A DNA stretch of 64,000 bases, taken from the NCBI GenBank assembly GCA_964387845.1, contig CAYLXA010000006.1:135040-199039 (forward strand). The letters run 5' to 3'. Made by a program: the position numbers and the translations under genes. This document shows, piece by piece, positions 41,007 to 51,103 of this stretch. The notes below the pieces were generated by a model. That model was not told the origin of the DNA and searched no databases. It saw nothing but the letters and a program-made list of their open reading frames with translations. Within the stretch, counting starts at the first letter, position 1; each line of letters starts with the position of its first letter. The DNA comes from an uncultured bacterium. GTDB taxonomy: Bacteria > Omnitrophota > Omnitrophia > Omnitrophales > Abzuiibacteriaceae.

Positions 41007-41510
41007 ATGGGCAAAGAGTTTTCGTTCGATATTGTCTCCGAGGTTAATTTGCAAGAAGTGGACAATGCCGTGAATCAGGCCATGAAAGAAATTCTCACTC
41101 GGTTTGATTTTAAGGGCAGTAAAAGTCAGATTGCGTTTAACCGCACGGAAAAAAAAGTCCAGCTAATTGCGGATGATGAAATGAAGATGCGGAATTTACG
41201 CGATGTTCTTTCCACCCGCCTAGCGAAACGGTCGATTTCAATGAAAGCACTCGATTACGGAACCGAAGAGAAGGCGTTTGACGGCATGGTCCGCCAGGAG
41301 GCAAAACTAGTGGACGGTATTTCTCAGGAGCATGCGAAAGATATTGTCCGCCGGATCAAAGATTTTAAGCTCAAAATCCAGCCGAGCATTCAGGGCGAGA
41401 GCGTTCGAGTGACCGGGAAAAGCAAAGACGATCTACAATTTATCATGCAGCAATTGAAAGCAAGCGACCTTACCATTCCGCTCCAATTCGCAAATTTTCG
41501 CGAGCATTAA
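41007..41510 (+). CDS. yajQ: YajQ family (UPF0234) cyclic-di-GMP-binding protein
   Basis: 'FDIVSEVNLQEVDNAVNQAMKEILTRFDFKGS' matches the YajQ N-terminus. 167 aa. Confidence 0.78.
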   Translation: MGKEFSFDIVSEVNLQEVDNAVNQAMKEILTRFDFKGSKSQIAFNRTEKKVQLIADDEMKMRNLRDVLSTRLAKRSISMKALDYGTEEKAFDGMVRQEAKLVDGISQEHAKDIVRRIKDFKLKIQPSIQGESVRVTGKSKDDLQFIMQQLKASDLTIPLQFANFREH

Positions 41511-41879
41511 TCTCTTCTAAAAATCCCTGTTTTGAAGATTTTTTAACCCATCGAGATTTAACTATCTCTTTGTAACTCTATTAAATACAAGAGCTTATAC
41601 TGCGATAAAGTTAAAATAACTTTTATAAAACCGTTTATTAATAAAAAATGACCGCTTACCCCTTGCTTTCAGTAAAACACGTGTTATACTTCTAATAACA
41701 GATAAAAATAAGCGTAACATATTGAAAATTAAGAAGTTACAAGAATAAACAATCTGTATAGCAAACGCGTAGAGCAGCCGAAATATAAAGGCCCGCATTG
41801 TTAAATTAAAATTGAAAAGGAAAATTGAAAAACCATGAATTCGAATATTGAAGCAGTTGATCAACACGGGAGGCGAGAC

Positions 41880-42275
41880 ATGTCAAAGGAGCGGCGAAGG
41901 TTTAAGCGTTTCGATGCTTATATGAGCGTTAAATGTGCGGTGCCGAGCAACGAAAATGCAAAAAATTATACGGTCGGTCTCACCAGAGATTTATCTCGTG
42001 ATGGAATATGTTTGAGTACCAGCCAGCCTCTACCGAGCGGTTCGACCTTGAATATTGAAATCGATATTCCGGATGATCCGCGGCCCATCTGCACTACGGG
42101 CAAAGTGATGTGGACTAAGAATGGAAATGCTGACGAGGGTAGTAATCACGGAATACGGTTCGTCAATATTGATCCTATCGATAAGTTTCGAGTTTTGGAT
42201 TACGCTTACAACCATTGGCTTGAAACCAAAGTCAATGATTATGCGGACCCGGAGCAAGTATCTGAATTAGGCTGA
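41880..42275 (+). CDS. PilZ domain protein
   Basis: 'RRRFKRF' and 'TRDLSRDGICL' PilZ boxes. GGGAGG RBS 6 nt before the ATG at 41880. Confidence 0.55.
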   Translation: MSKERRRFKRFDAYMSVKCAVPSNENAKNYTVGLTRDLSRDGICLSTSQPLPSGSTLNIEIDIPDDPRPICTTGKVMWTKNGNADEGSNHGIRFVNIDPIDKFRVLDYAYNHWLETKVNDYADPEQVSELG

Positions 42276-42431
42276 GCAACAATCTAGTTTTGCAAAAGAG
42301 CGTCTTATCCAAAGACGCTCTTTTGTTTTCTGCATACCCCATCCTCACCCCTAAAATCCCTCTATTTCTCATCAGATCGGCCGATAAATTAGGAAAACAA
42401 TTTATCTAAATGAATTAACCTTACAATAGCC

Positions 42432-44507
42432 ATGGCACCCTTTTTTAGATTTGGCAAAGCCGCTCAGCCCAAGAAAGAATATGACATTACTCTTTTCCCG
42501 ATTTTCACGGGATTGAGCCAAGCTGAGATTAAGATGGTCGAGGAGAAAATCCGCCTCGTAGAGCTCAAGAAAGGCGAGTGCGCGTATCAGAAAGGCGAGG
42601 CGGCAAGCGCCTTTTACGTGATCTTAACCGGACGTTTTCAAATTCTTCGTGAAAACGGCGAGGTGATCAATCACTTACACCATGGTGATTATTTCGGCGA
42701 AACTTCAATCATCACGGATCATCCGCACAGCGCAACGGTTCAGGCGAAAAATGATTCGATTGTGCTCAAGATCGAAAAGAATGATTTTTTGTGGCTCTTA
42801 AAACGTATTCCGGCACTATCACTTCAAATCAGCCGCACGTTGGGGCACCGGTTAACTTCCAATATGGCCGGCGAAGAACTGGAAGGCCAATCCAAAATCC
42901 TCTCAATTTATCATGCGCAGCCGCGGATCGGTAATTCAACGTTCGCCGTCCGTTTGGCTGCATCGCTTGCATTTGAGATGAAGAAAAAAGTGATCGTGGT
43001 TGATTTGAGCCAGATTCATGCCGAAGGGCGGTCGGTTTCTCGAACCCGGCCGCATGCGCGTTCTTATTCTCTTGCGTCTCATGGTTTGCCAAGCGCGCAG
43101 TCGCTCGACCCGTTCATTCTTAAAAAAGACGGGCCTTTTGATTTTTTGAACGTCTCAAACCATGTGGAACTCGAAAAGGCCGAACGCCAGTTGGCACATT
43201 TATTGTCTTACTTGCTGTCACGCTATCACTACATCCTGATTGATTTACCAGCCGAATCATCCGGGCTCGGGCCTAAGGCTATTCAACAATCCGACTTGTT
43301 ATATTTTTTAGTGGATTCGGGCGAAAAGGAAACACAAAAGACTCAAAACATCATTTATCATTTCAAAGAGACATTCAGCCTCAACGATAACGACATCCGC
43401 TTGGTTCTGGTAGAAAGTAAGGATGCCAAAAGAATTTTTTCTTCCAATGTCGCGACTAAGCAATTTTATTCATATCCTGTTTTTGCGACACTGCCGCATG
43501 TTTCGGGAATGCCGTCGCCGAGCGAGACTAATTTAAAAGAGCCGCTTCCCGGCGATGCGGGAAAAGCTTATTCAAAGGTTATTCGGTTTTTAGCCCGTGA
43601 GGTAACCGGGACTTCGGTGGGGCTTGTGCTTGGAAGCGGCGCTGCGTTTGGTTTTGCACACATCGGTGTTTTGAAAGCGCTGGAGGAAGCAGGCATTGAA
43701 ATTGATATTTTAGGCGGATGCAGCATGGGCTCGTTGATCGGCGGTATGTGGGCGCTCGGCATCACAACGGATGAGCTGGTCAAAATTGCGACTGACCTGA
43801 ACCCGAAGAATGTTTTTTTTAAATTAATCGGGCTTCAGGACCTATCCATCGCCCACCGCGGGTTCTTTAAAGGCGACCAGGTGACGGAATTTTTGCGGGA
43901 ACACATCGGAAATGCGTCTTTTAGGGATGTGAAAGTTCCGATAAAAGTAATGGCAGCGGACTTGGCAAACGGTAATCCGGTGGTTTTAGATGAAGGGTCG
44001 CTCTTGGCGGCAATTCGCGCCAGTATTTCGATTCCCGGAATTTTCCGTCCGTTTCAGATCGGGAACCGGTATTTAATGGACGGCGGCGTGGTGGATCCGC
44101 TTCCGGTCCAGATGCTCCGGCGGTACGGCGCTAAAAAAGTAATTGCCGTGAATGTGCTGCAATCGCCGGATGACCATGCGAACCGGCTTGAAATCCTCCA
44201 GAGAAAAGATGAAAAGACAAATGAAATTATTCAAAATAAAAGCATCTTCGTCCGACATTTATATGAATACCGAAAAGACTTTATGGATAAACAAACGGCC
44301 AATATCTTCAACGTGGTCATGAAGGCCATTCAATTTATGGAGTTTGAAATGGCGGAAAATTCCGAACTGCACGCCGATGTGGTTCTGCGGCCGATCGTGA
44401 CGGATGCGCACTGGGCCGAGTTTTATCACGCGGAAAAATTTATCCGCAGGGGCGAAGACGAAACCTTGAAGGCGATGGATGAAATTAAGCGGATGATGAG
44501 CGAGTAA
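42432..44507 (+). CDS. cyclic nucleotide-binding domain / patatin-like phospholipase (NTE-like)
   Basis: An N-terminal cNMP-binding fold ('GDYFGETS') and a C-terminal patatin domain with oxyanion loop 'LGSGAAFGFAHIG', serine 'GCSMGS' and 'DGGVVDPLP' (Asp of the dyad). Confidence 0.75.
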   Translation: MAPFFRFGKAAQPKKEYDITLFPIFTGLSQAEIKMVEEKIRLVELKKGECAYQKGEAASAFYVILTGRFQILRENGEVINHLHHGDYFGETSIITDHPHSATVQAKNDSIVLKIEKNDFLWLLKRIPALSLQISRTLGHRLTSNMAGEELEGQSKILSIYHAQPRIGNSTFAVRLAASLAFEMKKKVIVVDLSQIHAEGRSVSRTRPHARSYSLASHGLPSAQSLDPFILKKDGPFDFLNVSNHVELEKAERQLAHLLSYLLSRYHYILIDLPAESSGLGPKAIQQSDLLYFLVDSGEKETQKTQNIIYHFKETFSLNDNDIRLVLVESKDAKRIFSSNVATKQFYSYPVFATLPHVSGMPSPSETNLKEPLPGDAGKAYSKVIRFLAREVTGTSVGLVLGSGAAFGFAHIGVLKALEEAGIEIDILGGCSMGSLIGGMWALGITTDELVKIATDLNPKNVFFKLIGLQDLSIAHRGFFKGDQVTEFLREHIGNASFRDVKVPIKVMAADLANGNPVVLDEGSLLAAIRASISIPGIFRPFQIGNRYLMDGGVVDPLPVQMLRRYGAKKVIAVNVLQSPDDHANRLEILQRKDEKTNEIIQNKSIFVRHLYEYRKDFMDKQTANIFNVVMKAIQFMEFEMAENSELHADVVLRPIVTDAHWAEFYHAEKFIRRGEDETLKAMDEIKRMMSE

Positions 44508-44595
44508 GCCGGCGCTCGGTGTTTGACGGCTTATAACCCGCTATGCTAAACTCTCGTTAACTTGACATTAACCGCACGAAACGAAAGCAGGCTTT

Positions 44596-45786
44596 ATGAA
44601 ATCAGTAGTGATCGTTGACGGTGTCAGGACACCCCAAGGCATTCTTGGCGGGTCGCTTAAAAGTTTTACCAATCAAAAACTTGGTCAAGTGGTCGTCAAG
44701 GCGCTGCTCGAGCGTAACAAGCTTGATCCCAAACTGGTCCAGGAAGTTATTTTCGGCTGTGTCGGCCAGGCGAGCGATGCGGCGAACGTGTCGCGGGTTA
44801 TCAGCTTGATGTCCGGAATTCCCCATACCGTTCCGGCTTTTACCGTGGCGCGTAATTGCGCCTCAGGCCTTCAGGCGGTTGTTTCGGCTTATCAGATGAT
44901 TGTCTGCAATGAAGCCGATATCATTATCGCAGGGGGTGCGGAATCCATGTCGTGCGCGCCTTACGTGAACCGCGATCTCCGATTCGGTAAAAAATTACGC
45001 CACTCAACGATGATTGATTCGCTCTGGGAAGGTTTGACGGACCCGGTCTGCAAACAAATTATGGGCGAAACCGCCGAAAATCTTGTCGAGGAATTTAAAA
45101 TTACCCGGCAGGAACAGGACCAGTTCGCGGTTCAATCACACCAAAAAGCTTTCCGGGCAAACCGCGAAGGAAAATTCAAAGACGAAATTGTCAAAGTCAG
45201 CGTCCCCAAGTTTGCGGCGGGCAAAGAAATGCCGCCCGAGATTTTTTCGGAAGATGAGGGGATTAATGTCGGGCTCACCGAACAAATTTTGTCACAATAT
45301 CCCACGGTTTTCAAAGAAGGCGGCAGCGTAACGCCGGGCAATTCGTGCCCGATTTCAGACGGAGCGGCAGCGCTTTTGATCATGAGTGAAGACAAAGCAA
45401 AAGAAATGAATCTCAAGCCCCTGGGCTACATAAAGTCTTACGCGTTTGCGGGCGTCGAGCCTCAGCGGATGGGCATCGGCCCTTCGTGTGCGGCACCGAT
45501 TGCGCTTAAGCGTGCTAACTTAACACTCAAAGACATTCAATTAATGGAACTGAACGAAGCGTTCGCGGCTCAATTCATCGCTTGTGAGCGGCTGATGAAA
45601 TTTGACCGCAACATCGTAAACGTCAACGGCGGTGCCATTGCGCTCGGCCATCCGGTTGGCGCCACAGGTGCGCGTCTTTTGGTAACGCTTCTCAATGAAA
45701 TGAAACGCAAAAATTCAACCCTCGGGCTTGCAATGATGTGCGTGGGCGGCGGCCAGGGCGGTGCGATGATCGTGGAGAGAAAATAA
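44596..45786 (+). CDS. acetyl-CoA C-acyltransferase (thiolase)
   Basis: 'VARNCASGLQAV' active-site Cys region and a C-terminal 'GGGQGGAMIVE'. Confidence 0.88.
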   Translation: MKSVVIVDGVRTPQGILGGSLKSFTNQKLGQVVVKALLERNKLDPKLVQEVIFGCVGQASDAANVSRVISLMSGIPHTVPAFTVARNCASGLQAVVSAYQMIVCNEADIIIAGGAESMSCAPYVNRDLRFGKKLRHSTMIDSLWEGLTDPVCKQIMGETAENLVEEFKITRQEQDQFAVQSHQKAFRANREGKFKDEIVKVSVPKFAAGKEMPPEIFSEDEGINVGLTEQILSQYPTVFKEGGSVTPGNSCPISDGAAALLIMSEDKAKEMNLKPLGYIKSYAFAGVEPQRMGIGPSCAAPIALKRANLTLKDIQLMELNEAFAAQFIACERLMKFDRNIVNVNGGAIALGHPVGATGARLLVTLLNEMKRKNSTLGLAMMCVGGGQGGAMIVERK

Positions 45787-45787
45787 T

Positions 45788-47005
45788 ATGTATATCTACA
45801 AAGCAGGCGTTGTCGGTGCGGGAACGATGGGCGCAGGGATTGCTCAGGTCATTACGTATTCGGGCTTGCCGGTCGTGCTAAAAGACGTTAACCAGCAGCT
45901 GGTCGATCAAGGCATCAAAAAAATTAAGGCAGTCTATGAAGCCAGGGTTTCAAAAGGAAAGATGTCATCGGATGAGATGGCCAAAAAAATGAGCCTTGTG
46001 ACCGGTGCTGTTGATTGGGAATCATTCAAAGATGTCGACATCGTGATTGAAGCAGCGCCCGAAAAAATGGAGCTCAAGAAAAAAATATTCCAAGAGTTGG
46101 ATTCAATACTGCCGCAAACGGCGATTTTGGCGACCAATACCTCAGCGCTTTCGATTTCGGAACTTGGCGCAGCGACCAAGCGGCCCGGGAAAGTCATTGG
46201 TTTTCACTTTTTTTATCCGGCTCATGTCATGAAATTGATCGAAGTAATACCTGGTTTAGCAACAAGCGAGGAAACCATTAACGATTCAATCAGCTTTTCG
46301 GAATCAATCCGTAAGATTCCCGTGAAAGTCAATGAATGCGCAGGGTTTTTGGTGAACCGCGTGTTAATGCCTTATTTAAATGAAGCCGCGTTTTGCCTTC
46401 AGGAGGGCGCTGCCACGATTCAAGAAATCGACCAGGCGATCGTAAAATTCGGGCTTCCGATGGGTCCGTTTACACTCGTGGACAATCTCGGGATGGATGT
46501 GTGTTTTGATGTTGTCCAGGTCCTAATGGGTTCCTACGGCAGCCGGATGAAGCCTGCCGAAATTTGGGACTCGTTTCATCAAGCGAAAATGTTCGGGCGT
46601 AAGACCGGTGCGGGTTTTTACAGCTACGGAGAAAAGTCCGACGCCGATATCGATAAAATCGTGAAAGATGCTCAAGCTAAGTCGCCGAAAAAGAAAACCA
46701 AATTTTCCGTGGAGCGTTTGATTTATCCGATGATCAACGAGTCGGTGCTTTGCTTGGAAGAAAATGTTTCGAAAGCGGCGGATATCGATATGGCGATGGT
46801 TGCCGGAATCGGGTTCCCGCAGGATAAAGCCGGCATCCTGCATTATGCCGACGAAGTCGGGTTGGATAACGTGCTTAAAACGCTGGAAGAACTGACCAAA
46901 GAGCACGGCGAGCGTTTTTGGCCCGCGCCGCGTCTGCGCCGGATGGTCGCCGCGAATTTTCTCGGCAAAAAAACAGGGCGCGGATTTTTCGAATACTCAT
47001 CCTAA
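45788..47005 (+). CDS. 3-hydroxyacyl-CoA dehydrogenase
   Basis: 'GVVGAGTMGAGIAQV' NAD Rossmann, plus a 3HCDH C-terminal domain. Confidence 0.85.
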   Translation: MYIYKAGVVGAGTMGAGIAQVITYSGLPVVLKDVNQQLVDQGIKKIKAVYEARVSKGKMSSDEMAKKMSLVTGAVDWESFKDVDIVIEAAPEKMELKKKIFQELDSILPQTAILATNTSALSISELGAATKRPGKVIGFHFFYPAHVMKLIEVIPGLATSEETINDSISFSESIRKIPVKVNECAGFLVNRVLMPYLNEAAFCLQEGAATIQEIDQAIVKFGLPMGPFTLVDNLGMDVCFDVVQVLMGSYGSRMKPAEIWDSFHQAKMFGRKTGAGFYSYGEKSDADIDKIVKDAQAKSPKKKTKFSVERLIYPMINESVLCLEENVSKAADIDMAMVAGIGFPQDKAGILHYADEVGLDNVLKTLEELTKEHGERFWPAPRLRRMVAANFLGKKTGRGFFEYSS

Positions 47006-47021
47006 CGCGAAAGGAATACGC

Positions 47022-47807
47022 ATGGCTGACAACCAATTTGTAAAGACCAAAATGGACGAAGGTGTCCTGATCCTCACAATCGATAATCCGCCTGTCAATG
47101 TTTTAAACAAACAAACGCTTGCCGAGCTGGACAAGACAATCGCAGACGCGCAAAGCGATTCAAAAGTGAAGGTGATTGTCATCACCGGTGCAGGCTCCAT
47201 GGCATTTATTGCCGGCGCGGACATCAAAATCATTGCCAGCGTCCAATCTAAGCAGGAAGCCGTGTCGCTCGCACTTCAAGGCCAGGCGGTTTTGGATAAA
47301 ATCGAAGCTTCAAAAAAACCTGTGATTGCGGCAATCAACGCTGTTTGTTTGGGCGGCGGCAACGAATTGGCAATGGCTTGCCATATTCGCATTGCATCGG
47401 ACCGCGCGAAATTCGGACAGCCGGAGGTAAGCCTTGGTATTGTGCCGGGGTTCGGCGGGTCGCAGCGCCTTGCGCGTTATTCCGGCGTTTCGAAAGCGCT
47501 GGAGCTTTGCTTGACGGGTGATTTGATTACTGCACAAGAAGCGCTCCGGATTAATTTGATCAACCGTGTTGTTCCGGATGGCGAAGTTCTCAAGCAAGCG
47601 GTCGGTATGGCGAAACGGATTGCATCAAAAGGGCAAGTGGCTGTCCGATTAATTACGGAAGCTGTGGTAGAGGGTATTAAAAAACCGCTCTCCGAAGGGC
47701 TTAAATTGGAGGCAGAGCAGTTTGGTAAAGTCAGTGAAACGAGTGATATGAAAGAGGGTGTCCGTGCTTTCTTGGAAAAAAGACAGCCTAAATTTGAAGA
47801 TAAGTAA
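47022..47807 (+). CDS. enoyl-CoA hydratase (crotonase family)
   Basis: 'AAINAVCLGGGNELAMACHIRIAS' crotonase oxyanion-hole region. Confidence 0.85.
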   Translation: MADNQFVKTKMDEGVLILTIDNPPVNVLNKQTLAELDKTIADAQSDSKVKVIVITGAGSMAFIAGADIKIIASVQSKQEAVSLALQGQAVLDKIEASKKPVIAAINAVCLGGGNELAMACHIRIASDRAKFGQPEVSLGIVPGFGGSQRLARYSGVSKALELCLTGDLITAQEALRINLINRVVPDGEVLKQAVGMAKRIASKGQVAVRLITEAVVEGIKKPLSEGLKLEAEQFGKVSETSDMKEGVRAFLEKRQPKFEDK

Positions 47808-47852
47808 CCCTTGAAACTGCCCGATATCAGTGATACTTTTTAAACTCAACCT

Positions 47853-48386
47853 ATGAAGTTATTCCGCATAAAATCTATCGGTTTATCAGTCCTTGTTTTA
47901 GCTGTTTTGGCGAGCTACGGCTTCACTTTTGATTTTCAACAATGGGGCAAGAATCAGCAGGAGAATACCGCTCAAAACGGTGAACCAGCGGGTTCCGGAC
48001 AAAAAGTAGTTGCGGCTAATGTTAAAAGGCCCGTAACGCCTTCGTTGGCGCAGCCGGTGGCGGATACCGAAATTGTCGAAATCCAAAATCAGATTCAACA
48101 AATTACCGAACATACCAAAGTCGTTGAGCAGCAAAGCGCTGCAGACCGTGCCGCACTTCAAAAAGTTTTGCAGCAAGTTCAAATCCAGAAAAAGCTTGTT
48201 GATACATTGAAGGTGCCGAAACAACCGGTTCCGGGCGATGCGTTGAATACCGACGAAATTATCCGGCAGGCAAAATTGCGTCTTATTGCCGAAGATGTCC
48301 GCCGGACGCAGGAAGTGCTGCGGACGTCTAAAGTTGTTACTCCCGTTCCAAAACCTGTCCAAACAGTTAAAACCAGTGATCGGTAA
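47853..48386 (+). CDS. hypothetical secreted Gln-rich coiled-coil protein
   Basis: Signal peptide and a Q/V-rich low-complexity region. It sits inside the fatty-acid locus. Confidence 0.35.
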   Translation: MKLFRIKSIGLSVLVLAVLASYGFTFDFQQWGKNQQENTAQNGEPAGSGQKVVAANVKRPVTPSLAQPVADTEIVEIQNQIQQITEHTKVVEQQSAADRAALQKVLQQVQIQKKLVDTLKVPKQPVPGDALNTDEIIRQAKLRLIAEDVRRTQEVLRTSKVVTPVPKPVQTVKTSDR

Positions 48387-48407
48387 AATTTTCTAGAGCA
48401 ATCGAGC

Positions 48408-50252
48408 ATGTCGAACGATTTGCCTTATCAAAATTTACCCGAAATGTTTTTTGATCAGGCCGATCGCCTTCAAAACAAAACCGCTCTTCTTTCAAAAAAA
48501 GAAGGCCTCTACACGCCTATTTCGTGGCTTCAATTTAAAACGCAAGTACTCAAAGCGGTGCGCAGCTTCCAAAAGCTCGGTATCGGGTCGGGTGATTGTG
48601 TGGCGCTTCTGTCAGAAAACCGGCCTGAGTGGGCAATTACGGATCTCGCCGTACAGTCATTTGGTGCTTGCCTGGTTCCGGTGTATGCGACGAGTTCCAT
48701 TAAAGAAGTCGGTTACGTCGTGCGGCATTCTGAAGCGAAAGTGATCGTGGTATCGACGGCGGAACAATTCTGTAAAGTTCAAAGTTTTCTGATCGAATCG
48801 TCATCAGTACGCCATATCATCGTCATGGATGGACCAGCCGCATCAGATCCACGCGTACTGAATTGGGAGAGCTTTTTGGGAAGCAGTCAGGTGAGTGATT
48901 CTGAAGAAAAAGCCATTCGCCAAAACGTTGAAAAAATTCAGCCTGATCATTTGGCAACCGTCATTTACACATCCGGCACCACGGGGCCACCGAAAGGCGT
49001 CATGCTCAGCCACCGGAATTTTTTGATCAACTGTTGGGATGCAAAGCATGCAATTGATCTGCGTCCGGATGACGTCTCGCTTTCGTTTTTACCGCTCAGC
49101 CATGTATTCGAACGCACCGCAGGGTATTATTTTCCGATTATGGTCGGTTCTACTATCGCTTACGCCGAAAGTATGAATACGGTTCCTGAAAACTTGCTCG
49201 AAGTAAAACCGACAGTTGCCAGCAGCGTGCCGCGCCTTTATGAAAAAATTCACGAAAAGATAATGGATAAAATCCGGAACGCGCCGCCGCTTCGAAAAAA
49301 ACTGGCCAACTGGGCAATCAAAGTCGGTTACCGGACCGCGCCATACCGGCTTGTGCATAAAAGTTTACCGGCACTGCTTGCGATTCAATATAAAATTGCC
49401 AAACTTCTTATCTTTAATAAATTACAAAAACAACTGGGCGGCCGGATGCGGTTTTTTATTTCAGGCGGCGCACCTCTTTCAAAACAAATTGCGGAGTTCT
49501 TTTATGCAGCCGGTGTTGTGATTTTGGAGGGATATGGCCTCACCGAAACATCGCCTGTGATTGCTGTCAATCGGCTTGACCGTCTGAAATTCGGAACGGT
49601 CGGAATCCCGTTTGATCATGTTGAGGTCAGGATCGCAGATGATGGTGAAATCGCGGCACGCGGCCCTTCGATTATGAAGGGTTATTACAAAGATGATACC
49701 GCAACAAACGAAGTAATTCGGGACGGCTGGTTTTATACGGGCGATATCGGCCAAATTGATTCTGAAGGTTTTCTATCGATTACCGACCGGAAAAAAGATC
49801 TCATCGTTACATCCGGCGGCAAGAATATTGCTCCGCAAAATATTGAAAATTCACTGACGCGCCATCCGCTGATTCAGCAGGCAGTGATATTGGGAGACCG
49901 TTATAATTTTCTAACTGCCCTCATCGTGCCCAAGTTTGAAAATCTCGCAAAGCAACTCGGAAAGGATGAGGTGTCGAAGAGAGCATTGATTGCTGTGCCG
50001 GAGGCATATAGACTCATCGCAGAAGCAATCCGGGAGCAGACGCTTGAATTACCGAATTATGAAAAGGTGAAAACTTTTAGGATGTTGGACGAGGAATTTT
50101 CGCAGGAGAAAGGCGAGCTTACGCCGACACTGAAAGTGAAAAGGAAGATCGTGGCGGACCGGTACCGGCAGCTGATCGAAGAAATGTGTGCTGAAGTCGA
50201 AGAAAGAAAAAAACACGACCCTTCGTTATCAAAGGAAGTGATGGGCGGTTAA
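48408..50252 (+). CDS. long-chain fatty acid--CoA ligase (AMP-dependent synthetase)
   Basis: 'YTSGTTGPPKGV' AMP-binding motif and 'GYGLTETS'. Confidence 0.85.
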   Translation: MSNDLPYQNLPEMFFDQADRLQNKTALLSKKEGLYTPISWLQFKTQVLKAVRSFQKLGIGSGDCVALLSENRPEWAITDLAVQSFGACLVPVYATSSIKEVGYVVRHSEAKVIVVSTAEQFCKVQSFLIESSSVRHIIVMDGPAASDPRVLNWESFLGSSQVSDSEEKAIRQNVEKIQPDHLATVIYTSGTTGPPKGVMLSHRNFLINCWDAKHAIDLRPDDVSLSFLPLSHVFERTAGYYFPIMVGSTIAYAESMNTVPENLLEVKPTVASSVPRLYEKIHEKIMDKIRNAPPLRKKLANWAIKVGYRTAPYRLVHKSLPALLAIQYKIAKLLIFNKLQKQLGGRMRFFISGGAPLSKQIAEFFYAAGVVILEGYGLTETSPVIAVNRLDRLKFGTVGIPFDHVEVRIADDGEIAARGPSIMKGYYKDDTATNEVIRDGWFYTGDIGQIDSEGFLSITDRKKDLIVTSGGKNIAPQNIENSLTRHPLIQQAVILGDRYNFLTALIVPKFENLAKQLGKDEVSKRALIAVPEAYRLIAEAIREQTLELPNYEKVKTFRMLDEEFSQEKGELTPTLKVKRKIVADRYRQLIEEMCAEVEERKKHDPSLSKEVMGG

Positions 50253-51103
50253 TGAGGCAGGAAACCGGTTTTTTCGATTCGTTCGACCAAACCAAACTGT
50301 TTTACCGTTGCTGGATTTCGGAAAAACCAAATCCAAAACCATGCCTAATTCTTCATGGGTACGGCGAACATTCCCGGCGCTATGACGAGCTCGTGAGCTT
50401 TTTGCAGGATGTCCCGTATTCATTTTTTTCATTTGATTTACGCGGGCAAGGGCGTTCAGGCGGTGTTCGGGTTCATGCCGATCAATTTGAAGATTTTGTA
50501 AAGGATGCCGAAACATATCTCAATTTTCTGCAGCGAGATAAGATCTCTGTAAATCAGAAAGCGGCATTGCTCGGCCACAGTTTGGGCGGTTTGATCGCAA
50601 TCCGGCTTGCATTGCAAATTCCGAGCCGGTTTGACAAGGCAATTTTATCATCACCGTTTTTGGGTGCGCACGGCCTGGCAGCGCTCGACTTGACGTTCTG
50701 GCTTGCGGCGTTTCTCAATCAAGCAATGCCGAAATTGCAGCTTCCGGGGCCCGCAAGACCGCGGTATCTTTTTCATGACGCCGAGAAAATGAAGCAATAT
50801 CTAGCCGATACGCTGATCGAGCGCAGAATCACGGCTCGCCTCGGCTATGAATTGTTGCGCGAGTCCCGTGCGGCAGGTGAGCGGGCGGTGCATTTGCAAA
50901 TGCCGCTTCTTGTTTTGGCAAGCGGGGATGACCGGATTGTATCGCTTGAGAAAACCAAAAGCTGGTTTGAGCAAGTTTCGGCGCCCGAGAAAGAGATGAA
51001 AGTCTATCCGGATTTTTATCACGAAATTTTTCATGAAACCGGCAGGAAAGAGCCGATGACGAAAGTGAAAGAATTTCTCGAAAAAAATAATGGAGGTATG
51101 TGA
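50252..51103 (+). CDS. alpha/beta hydrolase (lysophospholipase/monoacylglycerol lipase-like)
   Basis: 'GHSLGG' nucleophile elbow and 'HGYGEH' oxyanion region. Confidence 0.72.
   Translation: MRQETGFFDSFDQTKLFYRCWISEKPNPKPCLILHGYGEHSRRYDELVSFLQDVPYSFFSFDLRGQGRSGGVRVHADQFEDFVKDAETYLNFLQRDKISVNQKAALLGHSLGGLIAIRLALQIPSRFDKAILSSPFLGAHGLAALDLTFWLAAFLNQAMPKLQLPGPARPRYLFHDAEKMKQYLADTLIERRITARLGYELLRESRAAGERAVHLQMPLLVLASGDDRIVSLEKTKSWFEQVSAPEKEMKVYPDFYHEIFHETGRKEPMTKVKEFLEKNNGGM

Noticed and set aside
41595-41867. 90-aa minus-strand ORF in the AT-rich intergenic island
   Set aside because: It is a low-complexity Phe/Ile/Asn-rich translation of AT-rich DNA with no RBS. It is likely a compositional artefact, so the region is treated as non-coding regulatory DNA.
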